A stretch of DNA of 64,000 nucleotides, from the NCBI RefSeq assembly GCF_964204645.1, contig NC_134025.1, positions 13,330,001-13,394,000 on the forward strand. The letters run 5' to 3'. Shown here piece after piece: positions 28,401 to 43,400 of this stretch. The stretch is from Tubulanus polymorphus. Lineage: Eukaryota; Animalia; Nemertea. Positions within the stretch are counted from its first letter, which is position 1. The number at the start of each line of letters is the position of its first letter. The notes under the pieces are model-generated. The model did not search any database and was not told the origin of the DNA. It saw only the letters and a list, made by a program, of their open reading frames with translations. The position numbers and the translations under genes were made by a program.

Positions 28401-31400
28401 TTCGGCTATTACCAGCGGGAAAATCGACGCGGAGGCGAGCAAAGTAAAAACGCTGACCGGAGACGTGTCACTCAATGAAGCTCTTTCATCCGGAATCGTA
28501 GATGCCACAACTGGAAAGGTTGCCGACCAAACTACCGGACAGATAATTTCACTGTCGGATGCTGTTAACAATGGCGCTGTTTCATCCGATGTTAGGCAAC
28601 CTGAACCAATGACGTTGGATGAAGCGCTCGGCAAAGGTATTTACGATGCCAAATCGAACACAGTGATCGATCCAAACAGCGGAAATCGCTTGTCAATCAT
28701 TGATGCGGTGAAAGAAGGAGTGATTGACGGAAAATTGAGTAAACTGAAACTGGCAACTGACAGCGATCGGGAAATAAGTCTTCAAGACGTCATTAACACA
28801 GGCATGATAGACCCCGATTCCGGTAAACTGATCGACCCTAACAGTGGACAAGTTATCGATGTCGAGCAAGCATTACAGACAGGCGCGAAACTAGCCGATA
28901 CAATGCCAGTACGTGGAATGACCATTGACGAAGCCATTTCTGCTGGATTGATGGACGGAAACACATTCGTAGACCCACAAACGGGCAGAAAGATGAACCT
29001 CGCTGATGCGGTCGCCACTGGTTTGATTGACGGAGCGTCGACTAAAGTAAAGACGCCGTCCGGAGAGTCGACAACACTTTCTCAAGCAATTTCTGCCGGT
29101 ATCGTTGATGGCCAATCAGGAAAGGTGTTTAGTCCATCGACCGGAAAACTGGTTGACTTGTCACAAGCCATTGACTCGGGAGTGGTGAGTACCTATTCGA
29201 AACCGAAGATGACGCTGAATGAAGCCGTTGAACGGGGTCTTTACGATAGTGATGACAATACAATCATCGACCCAAATACTGGTAGCAAAGTAAAATTACT
29301 ATCGGCCATCTCCGACGGAGTGATCGACGCCACCTCGTCAGCGATAACTGCTTCAGATGGCAGCGTCGTTCAATTAAATCGAGCCATTTCCGATGGTCTT
29401 GTCGACGCACACACTGGCAACGTTATCGACGAAACTACAGGCAAATCCGTCGCGCTGTCGGATGTTCTCACTAATAAACCGGCGACAGTACCAAAAAACC
29501 TAAGTATCGAAGAAGCTATCGAGATTGGTGTTTTCGACGCAAAAAGAAACGCATTTATCGATCCATTAACCGGAAAAGATATGACGCTAGCAGAGGCCGT
29601 ACAACACGGATTGGTCAGCGCTGAAAGATCACACGTGAAAACATCTGATGGTGATTTCATGACCGTTGGCCGAGCTATTGCAACTGGTAGTATCGACGGC
29701 GAAACAGGAATTATTAACGACCAAAAGACAGGCCAGGCAGTGTGCCTCGCTGAAGCTGTCTCCAAAGGATTGGTTAGCTCAGTCGAAGAGGATGTTCCAC
29801 CACTTAAATCGCTGACTGTCGACGAAGCAGTAAAAAGGGGTCTTTACGATGAAAAGACCAACACTTTCGTGGACCCCATCAACGGCAGTCGGATGAGTTT
29901 GGTTTCGGCTATTACCAGCGGGAAAATCGACGCGGAGGCGAGCAAAGTAAAAACGCTGACCGGAGACGTGTCACTCAATGAAGCTCTTTCATCCGGAATC
30001 GTAGATGCCACAACTGGAAAGGTTGCCGACCAAACTACCGGACAGATAATTTCACTGTCGGATGCTGTTAATAATGGCGCTGTTTCATCCGATGTTAGGC
30101 AACCTGAACCAATGACGTTGGATGAAGCGCTCGGCAAAGGTATTTACGATGCCAAATCGAACACAGTGATCGATCCAAACAGCGGAAATCGCTTGTCAAT
30201 CATTGATGCGGTGAAAGAGGGAGTGATTGACGGAAAATTGAGTAAACTGAAACTGGCAACTGACAGCGATCGGGAAATAAGTCTTCAAGACGTCATTAAC
30301 ACAGGCATGATAGACCCCGATTCCGGTAAACTGATCGACCCTAACAGTGGACAAGTTATCGATGTCGAGCAAGCATTACAGACAGGCGCGAAACTAGCCG
30401 ATACAATGCCAGTACGTGGAATGACCATTGACGAAGCCATTTCTGCTGGATTGATGGACGGAAACACATTCGTAGACCCACAAACGGGCAGAAAGATGAA
30501 CCTCGCTGATGCGGTCGCCACTGGTTTGATTGCCGGAACGTCGACTAAAGTAAAGACGCCGTCCGGAGAGTCGACAACACTTTCTCAAGCAATTTCTGCC
30601 GGTATCGTTGATGGCCAATCAGGAAAGCTGTTTAGTCCATCGACCGGAAAACTGGTTGACTTGTCACAAGCCATTGACTCGGGAGTGGTGAGTACCTATT
30701 CGAAACCGAAGATGACGCTGAATGAAGCCGTTGAACGGGGTCTTTACGATAGTGATGACAATACAATCATCGACCCAAATACTGGTAGCAAAGTAAAATT
30801 ACTATCGGCCATCTCCGACGGAGTGATCGACGCCACCTCGTCAGCGATAACTGCTTCAGATGGCAGCGTCGTTCAATTAAATCGAGCCATTTCCGATGGT
30901 CTTGTCGACGCACACACTGGCAACGTTATCGACGAAACTACAGGCAAATCCGTCGCGCTGTCGGATGTTCTCACTAATAAACCGGCGACAGTACCAAAAA
31001 ACCTAAGTATCGAAGAAGCTATCGAGATCGGTGTTTTCGACGCAAAAAGAAACGCATTTATCTATCCATTAACCGGAAAAGATATGACGCTAGCAGAGGC
31101 CGTACAACACGGATTGGTCAGCGCTGAAAGATCACACGTGAAAACATCTGATGGTGATTTCATGACCGTTGGCCGAGCTATTGCAACTGGTAGTATCGAC
31201 GGCGAAACAGGAATTATTAACGACCAAAAGACAGGCCAGGCAGTGTGCCTCGCTGAAGCTGTCTCCAAAGGATTGGTTAGCTCAGTCGAAGAGGATGTTC
31301 CACCACTTAAATCGCTGACTGTCGACGAAGCAGTAAAAAGGGGTCTTTACGATGAAAAGACCAACACTTTCGTGGACCCCATCAACGGCAGTCGGATGAG

Positions 31401-34400
31401 TTTGGTTTCGGCTATTACCAGCGGGAAAATCGACGCGGAGGCGAGCAAAGTAAAAACGCTGACCGGAGACGTGTCACTCAATGAAGCTCTTTCATCCGGA
31501 ATCGTAGATGCCACAACTGGAAAGGTTGCCGACCAAACTACCGGACAGATAATTTCACTGTCGGATGCTGTTAACAATGGCGCTGTTTCATCCGATGTTA
31601 GGCAACCGGAACCAATGACGTTGGATGAAGCGCTCGGCAAAGGTATTTACGATGCCAAATCAAACACAGTGATCGATCCAAACAGCGGAAATCGCTTGTC
31701 AATCATTGATGCGGTGAAAGAGGGAGTGATTGACGGAAAATTGAGTAAACTGAAACTGGCAACTGACAGCGATCGGGAAATAAGTCTTCAAGACGTCATT
31801 AACACAGGCATGATAGACCCCGATTCCGGTAAACTGATCGACCCTAACAGTGGACAAGTTATCGATGTCGAGCAAGCATTACAGACAGGCGCGAAACTAG
31901 CCGATACAATGCCAGTACGTGGAATGACCATTGACGAAGCCATTTCTGCTGGATTGATGGACGGAAACACATTCGTAGACCCACAAACGGGCAGAAAGAT
32001 GAACCTCGCTGATGCGGTCGCCACTGGTTTGATTGACGGAACGTCGACTAAAGTAAAGACGCCGTCCGGAGAGTCGACAACACTTTCTCAAGCAATTTCT
32101 GCCGGTATCGTTGATGGCCAATCAGGAAAGCTGTTTAGTCCATCGACCGGAAAACTGGTTGACTTGTCACAAGCCATTGACTCGGGAGTGGTGAGTACCT
32201 ATTCGAAACCGAAGATGACGCTGAATGAAGCCGTTGAACGGGGTCTTTACGATAGTGATGACAATACAATAATCGACCCGAATACTGGTAGCAATGTAAA
32301 ATTACTATCGGCCATCTCCGACGGAGTGATCGACGCCACCTCGTCAGCGATAACTGCTTCAGATGGCAGCGTCGTTCAATTAAATCGAGCCATTTCCGAT
32401 GGTCTTGTCGACGCACACACTGGCAACGTTATCGACGAAACTACAGGCAAATCCGTCGCGCTGTCGGATGTTCTCACTAATAAACCGGCGACAGTACCAA
32501 AAAACCTAAGTATCGAAGAAGCTATCGAGATTGGTGTTTTCGACGCAAAAAGAAACGCATTTATCGATCCATTAACCGGAAAAGATATGACGCTAGCAGA
32601 GGCCGTACAACACGGATTGGTCAGCGCTGAAAGATCACACGTGAAAACATCTGATGGTGATTTCATGACCGTTGGCCGAGCTATTGCAACTGGTAGTATC
32701 GACGGCGAAACAGGAATTATTAACGACCAAAAGACAGGCCAGGCAGTGTGCCTCGCTGAAGCTGTCTCCAAAGGATTGGTTAGCTCAGTCGAAGAGGATG
32801 TTCCACCACTTAAATCGCTGACCGTCGACGAAGCAGTAAAAAGCGGTCTTTACGATGAAAAGACCAACACTTTCGTGGACCCCATCAACGGCAGTCGGAT
32901 GAGTTTGGTTTCGGCTATTACCAGCGGGAAAATCGACGCGGAGGCGAGCAAAGTAAAAACGCTGACCGGAGACGTGTCACTCAATGAAGCTCTTTCATCC
33001 GGAATCGTAGATGCCACAACTGGAAAGGTTGCCGACCAAACTACCGGACAGATAATTTCACTGTCGGATGCTGTTAACAATGGCGCTGTTTCATCCGATG
33101 TTAGGCAACCGGAACCAATGACGTTGGATGAAGCGCTCGGCAAAGGTATTTACGATGCCAAATCGAACACAGTGATCGATCCAAACAGCGGAAATCGCTT
33201 GTCAATCATTGATGCGGTGAAAGAGGGAGTGATTGACGGAAAATTGAGTAAACTGAAACTGGCAACTGACAGCGATCGGGAAATAAGTCTTCAAGACGTC
33301 ATTAACACAGGCATGATAGACCCCGATTCCGGTAAACTGATCGACCCTAACAGTGGACAAGTTATCGATGTCGAGCAAGCATTACAGACAGGCGCGAAAC
33401 TAGCCGTTACAATGCCAGTACGTGGAATGACCATTGACGAAGCCATTTCTGCTGGATTGATGAACGGAAACACATTCGTAGACCCACAAACGGGCAGAAA
33501 GATGAACCTCGCTGATGCGGTCGCCACTGGTTTGATTGACGGAACATCGACTAAAGTAAAGACGCCGTCCGGAGAGTCGACAACACTTTCTCAAGCAATT
33601 TCTGCCGGTATCGTTGATGGCCAATCAGGAAAGGTGTTTAGTCCATCGACCGGAAAACTGGTTGACTTGTCACAAGCCATTGACTCGGGAGTGGTGAGTA
33701 CCTATTCGAAACCGAAGATGACGCTGAATGAAGCCGTTGAACGGGGTTTTTTCGATAGTGATGACAATACAATCATCGACCCAAATACTGGTAGCAAAGT
33801 AAAATTACTATCGGCCATCTCCGACGGATTGATCGACGCCACCTCGTCAGCGATAACTGCTTCAGATGGCAGCGCCGTTCAATTAAATCAAGCCATTTCC
33901 GATGGTCTTGTCGACGCACACACTGGCAACGTTATCGACGAAACTACAGGCAAATCCGTCGCGCTGTCGGATGTTCTCACTAATAAACCGGCGACAGTAC
34001 CAAAAAACCTAAGTATCGAAGAAGCTATCGAGATTGGTGTTTTCGACGCAAAAAGAAACGCATTTATCGATCCATTAACCGGAAAAGATATGACGCTAGC
34101 AGAGGCCGTACAACACGGATTGGTCAGCGCGGAAAGATCACACGTGAAAACATCTGATGGTGATTTTATGACCGTTGGCCGAGCTATTGCAACTGGTAGT
34201 ATCGACGGCGAAACAGGAATTGTTAACGACCAAAAGACAGGCCAAGCAGTGTGCCTCGATGAAGCTGTCTCCAAAGGATTGGTTAGCTCAGTCGAAGCGG
34301 TTGTTCCACCACTTAAATCGCTGACCGTCGACGAAGCAGTAAAAAGGGGTCTTTACGATGAAAAGACCAACACTTTCGTGGACCCCATCAACGGCAGTCG

Positions 34401-37400
34401 GATGAGTTTGGTTTCGGCTATTACCAGCGGGAAAATCGACGCGGAGGCGAGCAAAGTAAAAACGCTGACCGGAGACGTGTCACTCAATGAAGCTCTTTCA
34501 TCCGGAATCGTAGATGCCACAACTGGAAAGGTTGCCGACCAAACTACCGGACAGATAATTTCACTGTCGGATGCTGTTAACAATGGCGCTGTTTCATCCG
34601 ATGTTAGGCAACCGGAACCAATGACGTTGGATGAAGCGCTCGGCAAAGGTATTTACGATGCCAAATCGAACACAGTGATCGATCCAAACAGCGGAAATCG
34701 CTTGTCAATCATTGATGCGGTGAAAGAGGGAGTGATTGACGGAAAATTGAGTAAACTGAAACTGGCAACTGACAGCGATCGGGAAATAAGTCTTCAAGAC
34801 GTCATTAACACAGGCATGATAGACCCCGATTCCGGTAAACTGATCGACCCTAACAGTGGACAAGTTATCGATGTCGAGCAAGCATTACAGACAGGCGCGA
34901 AACTAGCCGTTACAATGCCAGTACGTGGAATGACCATTGACGAAGCCATTTCTGCTGGATTGATGAACGGAAACACATTCGTAGACCCACAAACGGGCAG
35001 AAAGATGAACCTCGCTGATGCGGTCGCCACTGGTTTGATTGACGGAACATCGACTAAAGTAAAGACGCCGTCCGGAGAGTCGACAACACTTTCTCAAGCA
35101 ATTTCTGCCGGTATCGTTGATGGCCAATCAGGAAAGGTGTTTAGTCCATCGACCGGAAAACTGGTTGACTTGTCACAAGCCATTGACTCGGGAGTGGTGA
35201 GTACCTATTCGAAACCGAAGATGACGCTGAATGAAGCCGTTGAACGGGTTTTTTTCGATAGTGATGACAATACAATCATCGACCCAAATACTGGTAGCAA
35301 AGTAAAATTACTATCGGCCATCTCCGACGGATTGATCGACGCCACCTCGTCAGCGATAACTGCTTCAGATGGCAGCGCCGTTCAATTAAATCAAGCCATT
35401 TCCGATGGTCTTGTCGACGCACACACTGGCAACGTTATCGACGAAACTACAGGCAAATCCGTCGCGCTGTCGGATGTTCTCACTAATAAACCGGCGACAG
35501 TACCAAAAAACCTAAGTATCGAAGAAGCTATCGAGATTGGTGTTTTCGACGCAAAAAGAAACGCATTTATCGATCCATTAACCGGAAAAGATATGACGCT
35601 AGCAGAGGCCGTACAACACGGATTGGTCAGCGCGGAAAGATCACACGTGAAAACATCTGATGGTGATTTTATGACCGTTGGCCGAGCTATTGCAACTGGT
35701 AGTATCGACGGCGAAACAGGAACTGTTAACGACCAAAAGACAGGCCAAGCAGTGTGCCTCGATGAAGCTGTCTCCAAAGGATTGGTTAGCTCAGTCGAAG
35801 CGGTTGTTCCACCACTTAAATCGCTGACCGTCGACGAAGCAGTAAAAAGGGGTCTTTACGATGAAAAGACCAACACTTTCGTGGACCCCATCAACGGCAG
35901 TCGGATGAGTTTGGTTTCGGCTATTACCAGCGGGAAAATCGACGCGGAGGCGAGCAAAGTAAAAACGCTGACCGGAGACGTGTCACTCAATGAAGCTCTT
36001 TCATCCGGAATCGTAGATGCCACAACTGGAAAGGTTGCCGACCAAACTACCGGACAGATAATTTCACTGTCGGATGCTGTTAACAATGGCGCTGTTTCAT
36101 CCGATGTTAGGCAACCGGAACCAATGACGTTGGATGAAGCGCTCGGCAAAGGTATTTACGATGCCAAATCGAACACAGTGATCGATCCAAACAGCGGAAA
36201 TCGCTTGTCAATCATTGATGCGGTGAAAGAGGGAGTGATTGACGGAAAATTGAGTAAACTGAAACTGGCAACTGACAATGATCGGGAAATAAGTCTTCAA
36301 GACGTCATTAACACAGGCACGATAGACCCCGATGCCGGTAAACTGATCGACCCTAACAGTGGACAAGTTATCGATGTCGAGCAAGCATTACAGACAGGCG
36401 CGAAACTAGCCGATACAACGCAAGTACGTGGAATGACCATTGACGAAGCCATTTCTGCTGGATTGATGGACGGAAACACATTCGCAGACCCACAAACGGG
36501 CAGAAAGATGAACCTCGCTGATGCGGTCGACACTGGTTTGATTGACGGAACGTCGACTAAAGTAAAGACGCCGTCCGGAGAGTCGACAACACTTTCTCAA
36601 GCAATTTCTACCGGTATCGTTGATGGCCAATCAGGAAAGGTGTTTAGTCCATCGACCGGAAAACTGGTTGACTTGTCACAAGCCATTGACTCGGGAGTGG
36701 TGAGTACCTATTCGAAACCGAAGATGACGCTGAATGAAGCCGTTGAACGGGGTCTTTACGATAGTGATGACAATACAATCATCGACCCAAATACTGGTAG
36801 CAAAGTAAAATTACTATCGGCCATCTCCGACGGATTGATCGACGCCAACTCGTCAGCGATAACTGCTTCAGATGGCAGCGCCGTTCAATTAAATCAAGCC
36901 ATTTCCGATGGTCTTGTCGACGCACACACTGGCAACGTTATCGACGAAACTACAGGCAAATCCGTCGCGCTGTCGGATGTTCTCACTAATAAACCGGCGA
37001 CAGTACCAAAAAACCTAAGTATCGAAGAAGCTATCGAGATTGGTGTTTTCGACGCAAAAAGAAACGCATTTATCGATCCATTAACCGGAAAAGATATGAC
37101 GCTAGCAGAGGCCGTACAACACGGATTGGTCAGCGCGGAAAGATCACACGTGAAAACATCTGATGGTGATTTTATGACCGTTGGCCGAGCTATTGCAACT
37201 GGTAGTATCGACGGCGAAACAGGAATTGTTAACGACCAAAAGACAGGCCAAGCAGTGTGCCTCGATGAAGCTGTCTCCAAAGGATTGGTTAGCTCAGTCG
37301 AAGCGGTTGTTCCACCACTTAAATCGCTGACCGTCGACGAAGCAGTAAAAAGGGGTCTTTACGATGAAAAGACCAACACTTTCGTGGACCCCATCAACGG

Positions 37401-40400
37401 CAGTCGGATGAGTTTGGTTTCGGCTATTACCAGCGGGAAAATCGACGCGGAGGCGAGCAAAGTAAAAACGCTGACCGGAGACGTGTCACTCAATGAAGCT
37501 CTTTCATCCGGAATCGTAGATGCCACAACTGGAAAGGTTGCCGACCAAACTACCGGACAGATAATTTCACTGTCGGATGCTGTTAACAATGGCGCTGTTT
37601 CATCCGATGTTAGGCAACCGGAACCAATGACGTTGGATGAAGCGCCCGGCAAAGGTATTTACGATGCCAAATCGAACACAGTGATCGATCCAAACAGCGG
37701 AAATCGCTTGTCAATCATTGATGCGGTGAAAGAGGGAGTGATTGACGGAAAATTGAGTAAACTGAAACTGGCAACTGACAGCGATCGGGAAATAAGTCTT
37801 CAAGACGTCATTAACACAGGCATGATAGACCCCGATTCCGGTAAACTGATCGACCCTAACAGTGGACAAGTTATCGATGTCGAGCAAGCATTACAGACAG
37901 GCGCGAAACTAGCCGATACAATGCCAGTACGTGGAATGACCATTGACGAAGCCATTTCTGCTGGATTGATGGACGGAAACACATTCGCAGACCCACAAAC
38001 GGGCAGAAAGATGAACCTCGCTGATGCGGTCGACACTGGTTTGATTGACGGAACGTCGACTAAAGTAAAGACGCCGTCCGGAGAGTCGACAACACTTTCT
38101 CAAGCAATTTCTACCGGTATCGTTGATGGCCAATCAGGAAAGGTGTTTAGTCCATCGACCGGAAAACTGGTTGACTTGTCACAAGCCATTGACTCGGGAG
38201 TGGTGAGTACCTATTCGAAACCGAAGATGACGCTGAATGAAGCCGTTGAACGGGGTCTTTACGATAGTGATGACAATACAATCATCGACCCAAATACTGG
38301 TAGCAAAGTAAAATTACTGTCGGCCATCTCCGACGGAGTGATCGACGCCAACTCGTCAGCGATAACTGCTTCAGATGGCAGCGTCGTTCAATTAAATCGA
38401 GCCATTTCCGATGGTCTTGTCGACGCACACACTGGCAACGTTATCGACGAAACTACAGGCAAATCCGTCGCACTGTCGGATGTTCTCACTAATAAACCGG
38501 CGACAGTACCAAAAAACCTAAGTATCGAAGAAGCTATCGAGATTGGCGTTTTCGACGCAAAAAGAAACGCATTTATCTATCCATTAACCGGAAAAGATAT
38601 GACGCTAGCAGAGGCCGTACAACACGGATTGGTCAGCGCTGAAAGATCACACGTGAAAACATCTGATGGTGATTTCATGACCGTTGGCCGAGCTATTGCA
38701 ACTGGTAGTATCGACGGCGAAACAGGAATTATTAACGACCAAAAGACAGGCCAGGCAGTGTGCCTCGCTGAAGCTGTCTCCAAAGGATTGGTTAGCTCAG
38801 TCGAAGAGGATGTTCCACCACTTAAATCGCTGACCGTCGACGAAGCAGTAAAAAGGGGTCTTTACGATGAAAAGACCAACACTTTCGTGGACCCCATCAA
38901 CGGCAGTCGGATGAGTTTGGTTTCGGCTATTACCAGCGGGAAAATCGACGCGGAGGCGAGCAAAGTAAAAACGCTGACCGGAGACGTGTCACTCAATGAA
39001 GCTCTTTCATCCGGAATCGTAGATGCCACAACTGGAAAGGTTGCCGACCAAACTACCGGACAGATAATTTCACTGTCGGATGCTGTTAACAATGGCGCTG
39101 TTTCATCCGATGTTAGGCAACCGGAACCAATGACGTTGGATGAAGCGCTCGGCAAAGGTATTTACGATGCCAAATCGAACACAGTGATCGATCCAAACAG
39201 CGGAAATCGCTTGTCAATCATTGATGCGGTGAAAGAGGGAGTGATTGACGGAAAATTGAGTAAACTGAAACTGGCAACTGACAGCAATCGGGAAATAAGT
39301 CTTCAAGACGTCATTAACACAGGCACGATAGACCCCGATTCCGGTAAACTGATCGACCCTAACAGTGGACAAGTTATCGATGTCGAGCAAGCATTACAGA
39401 CAGGCGCGAAACTAGCCGATACAATGCCAGTACGTGGAATGACCATTGACGAAGCCATTTCTGCTGGATTGATGGACGGAAACACATTCGTAGACCCACA
39501 AACGGGCAGAAAGATGAACCTCGCTGATGCGGTCGCCACTGGTTTGATTGCCGGAACGTCGACTAAAGTAAAGACGCCGTCCGGAGAGTCGACAACACTT
39601 TCTCAAGCAATTTCTGCCGGTATCGTTGATGGCCAATCAGGAAAGGTGTTTAGTCCATCGACCGGAAAACTGGTTGACTTGTCACAAGCCATTGACTCGG
39701 GAGTGGTGAGTACCTATTCGAAACCGAAGATGACGCTGAATGAAGCCGTTGAACGGGGTCTTTACGATAGTGATGACAATACAATCATCGACCCAAATAC
39801 TGGTAGCAAAGTAAAATTACTATCGGCCATCTCCGACGGAGTGATCGACGCCACCTCGTCAGCGATTACTGCTTCAGATGGCAGCGTCGTTCAATTAAAT
39901 CGAGCCATTTCCGATGGTCTTGTCGACGCACACACTGGCAACGTTATCGACGAAACTACAGGCAAATCCGTCGCGCTGTCGGATGTTCTCACTAATAAAC
40001 CGGCGACAGTACCAAAAAACCTAAGTATCGAAGAAGCTATCGAGATTGGTGTTTTCGACGCAAAAAGAAACGCATTTATCTATCCATTAACCGGAAAAGA
40101 TATGACGCTAGCAGAGGCCGTACAACACGGATTGGTCAGCGCTGAAAGATCACACGTGAAAACATCTGATGGTGATTTCATGACCGTTGGCCGAGCTATT
40201 GCAACTGGTAGTATCGACGGCGAAACAGGAATTATTAACGACCAAAAGACAGGCCAGGCAGTGTGCCTCGCTGAAGCTGTCTCCAAAGGATTGGTTAGCT
40301 CAGTCGAAGAGGATGTTCCACCACTTAAATCGCTGACCGTCGACGAAGCAGTAAAAAGGGGTCTTTACGATGAAAAGACCAACACTTTCGTGGACCCCAT

Positions 40401-43400
40401 CAACGGCAGTCGGATGAGTTTGGTTTCGGCTATTACCAGCGGGAAAATCGACGCGGAGGCGAGCAAAGTAAAAACGCTGACCGGAGACGTGTCACTCAAT
40501 GAAGCTCTTTCATCCGGAATCGTAGATGCCACAACTGGAAAGGTTGCCGACCAAACTACCGGACAGATAATTTCACTGTCGGATGCTGTTAACAATGGCG
40601 CTGTTTCATCCGATGTTAGGCAACCTGAACCAATGACGTTGGATGAAGCGCTCGGCAAAGGTATTTACAATGCCAAATCGAACACAGTGATCGATCCAAA
40701 CAGCGGATATCGCTTGTCAATCATTGATGCGGTGAAAGAAGGAGTGATTGACGGAAAATTGAGTAAACTGAAACTGGCAACTGACAATGATCGGGAAATA
40801 AGTCTTCAAGACGTCATTAACACAGGCACGATAGACCCCGATGCCGGTAAACTGATCGACCCTAACAGTGGACAAGTTATCGATGTCGAGCAAGCGTTAC
40901 AGACAGGCGCGAAACTAGCCGATACAACGCAAGTACGTGGAATGACCATTGACGAAGCCATTTCTGCTGGATTGATGGACGGAAACACATTCGTAGACCC
41001 ACAAACGGGCAGCAAGATGAACCTCGCTGATGCGGTCGCCACTGGTTTGATTGACGGAACGTCGACTAAAGTAAAGACGCCGTCCGGAGAGTCGACAACA
41101 CTTTCTCAAGCAATTTCTGCCGGTATCTTTGATGGCCAATCAGGAAAGGTGTTTAGTCCATCGACCGGAAAACTGGTTGACTTGTCACAAGCCATTGACT
41201 CGGGAGTGGTGAGTACCTATTCGAAACCGAAGATGACGCTGAATGAAGCCGTTGAACGGGGTCTTTACGATAGTGATGACAATACAATCATCGACCCAAA
41301 TACTGGTAGCAAAGTAAAATTACTATCGGCCATCTCCGACGGAGTGATCGACGCCACCTCGTCAGCGATAACTGCTTCAGATGGCAGCGTCGTTCAATTA
41401 AATCGAGCCATTTCCGATGGTCTTGTCGACGCACACACTGGCAACGTTATCGACGAAACTACAGGCAAATCCGTCGCGCTGTCGGATGTTCTCACTAATA
41501 AACCGGCGACAGTACCAAAAAACCTAAATATCGAAGAAGCTATCAAGATTGGTGTTTTCGACGCCAAAAGAAACGCATTTATCGATCCATTAACCGGAAA
41601 AGATATGACGCTAGCAGAGGCCGTACAACACGGATTGGTCAGCGCTGAAAGATCACACGTGAAAACATCTGATGGTGATTTTATGACCGTTGGCCGAGCT
41701 ATTGCAACTGGTAGTATCGACGGCGAAACAGGAATTGTTAACGACCAAAAGACAGGCCAAGCAGTGTGCCTCGATGAAGCTGTCTCCAAAGGATTGGTTA
41801 GCTCAGTCGAAGCGGTTGTTCCACCACTTAAATCGCTGACCGTCGACGAAGCAGTAAAAAGGGGTCTTTACGATGAAAAGACCAACACTTTCGTGGACCC
41901 CATCAACGGCAGTCGGATGAGTTTGGTTTCGGCTATTACCAGCGGGAAAACCGACGCGGAGGCGAGCAAAGTAAAAACGCTGGCCGGAGACGTGTCACTC
42001 AATGAAGCTCTTTCATCCGGAATCGTAGATGCCACAACTGGAAAGGTTGCCGACCAAACAACCAGACAGATAATTTCACTGTCGGATGCTGTTAACAATG
42101 GCGCTTTTTCATCCGATGTTAGGCAACCTGAACCAATGACGTTGGATGAAGCGCTCGGCAAAGGTATTTACGATGCCAAATCGAACACAGTGATCGATCC
42201 AAACAGCGGAAATCGCTTGTCAATCATTGATGCGGTGAAAGAGGGAGTGATTGACGGAAAATTGAGTAAACTGAAACTGACAACTGACAGCGATCGGGAA
42301 ATAAGTCTTCAAGACGTCATTAACACAGGCATGATAGACCCCGATTCCGGTAAACTGATCGACCCTAACAGTGGACAAGTTATCGATGTCGAGCAAGTAT
42401 TACAGACAGGCGCGAAACTAGCCGATACAACGCCAGTACGTAAATTGACCATTGACGAAGCCATTTCTGCTGGATTGATGGACGGAAACACATTCGTAGA
42501 CCCACAAACGGGCAGAAAGATGAACCTCGCTGATGCGGTCGACACTGGTTTGATTGACGGAACATCGACTAAAGTAAAGACGCCGTCCGGAGAGTCGACA
42601 ACACTTTCTCAAGCAATTTCTGCCGGTATCGTTGATGGCCAATCAGGAAAGGTGTTTAGTCCATCGACCGGAAAACTGGTTGACTTGTCACAAGCCATTG
42701 ACTCGGGAGTGGAGAGTACCTATTCGAAACTGAAGATGACGCTGAATGAAGCCGTTGAACGGGGTCTTTACGATAGTGATGACAATACAATCATCGACCC
42801 AAATACTGGTAGCAAAGTAAAATTACTATCGGCCATCTCCGACGGAGTGATCGACGCCACCTCGTCAGCGATAACTGCTTCAGATGGCAGCGTCGTTCAA
42901 TTAAATCGAGTCATTTCCGATGGTCTTGTCGACGCACACACTGGCAACGTTATCGACGAAACTACAGGCAAATCCGTCGCGCTGTCGGATGTTCTCACTA
43001 ATAAACCGGCGACAGTACCAAAAAACTTAAGTATCGAAGAAGCTATCGAGATTGGTGTTTTCGACGCAAAAAGAAACGCATTTATCGATCCATTAACCGG
43101 AAAAGATATGACGCTAGCAGAGGCCGTACAACACGGATTGGTCAGCGCTGAAAGATCACTCGTGAAAACATCTGATGCTGATTTCATGACCGTTGGCCGA
43201 GCTATTGCAACTGGTAGTAACGACGGCGAAACAGGAATTGTTAACGACCAAAAGACAGGCCAAGCAGTGTGCCTCGATGAAGCTGTCTCCAAAGGATTGG
43301 TTAGCTCAGTCGAAGCGGTTGTTCCACCACTTAAATCGCTGACCGTCGACGAAGCAGTAAAAAGGGGTCCTTACGATGAAAAAACCAACACTTTCGTAGA

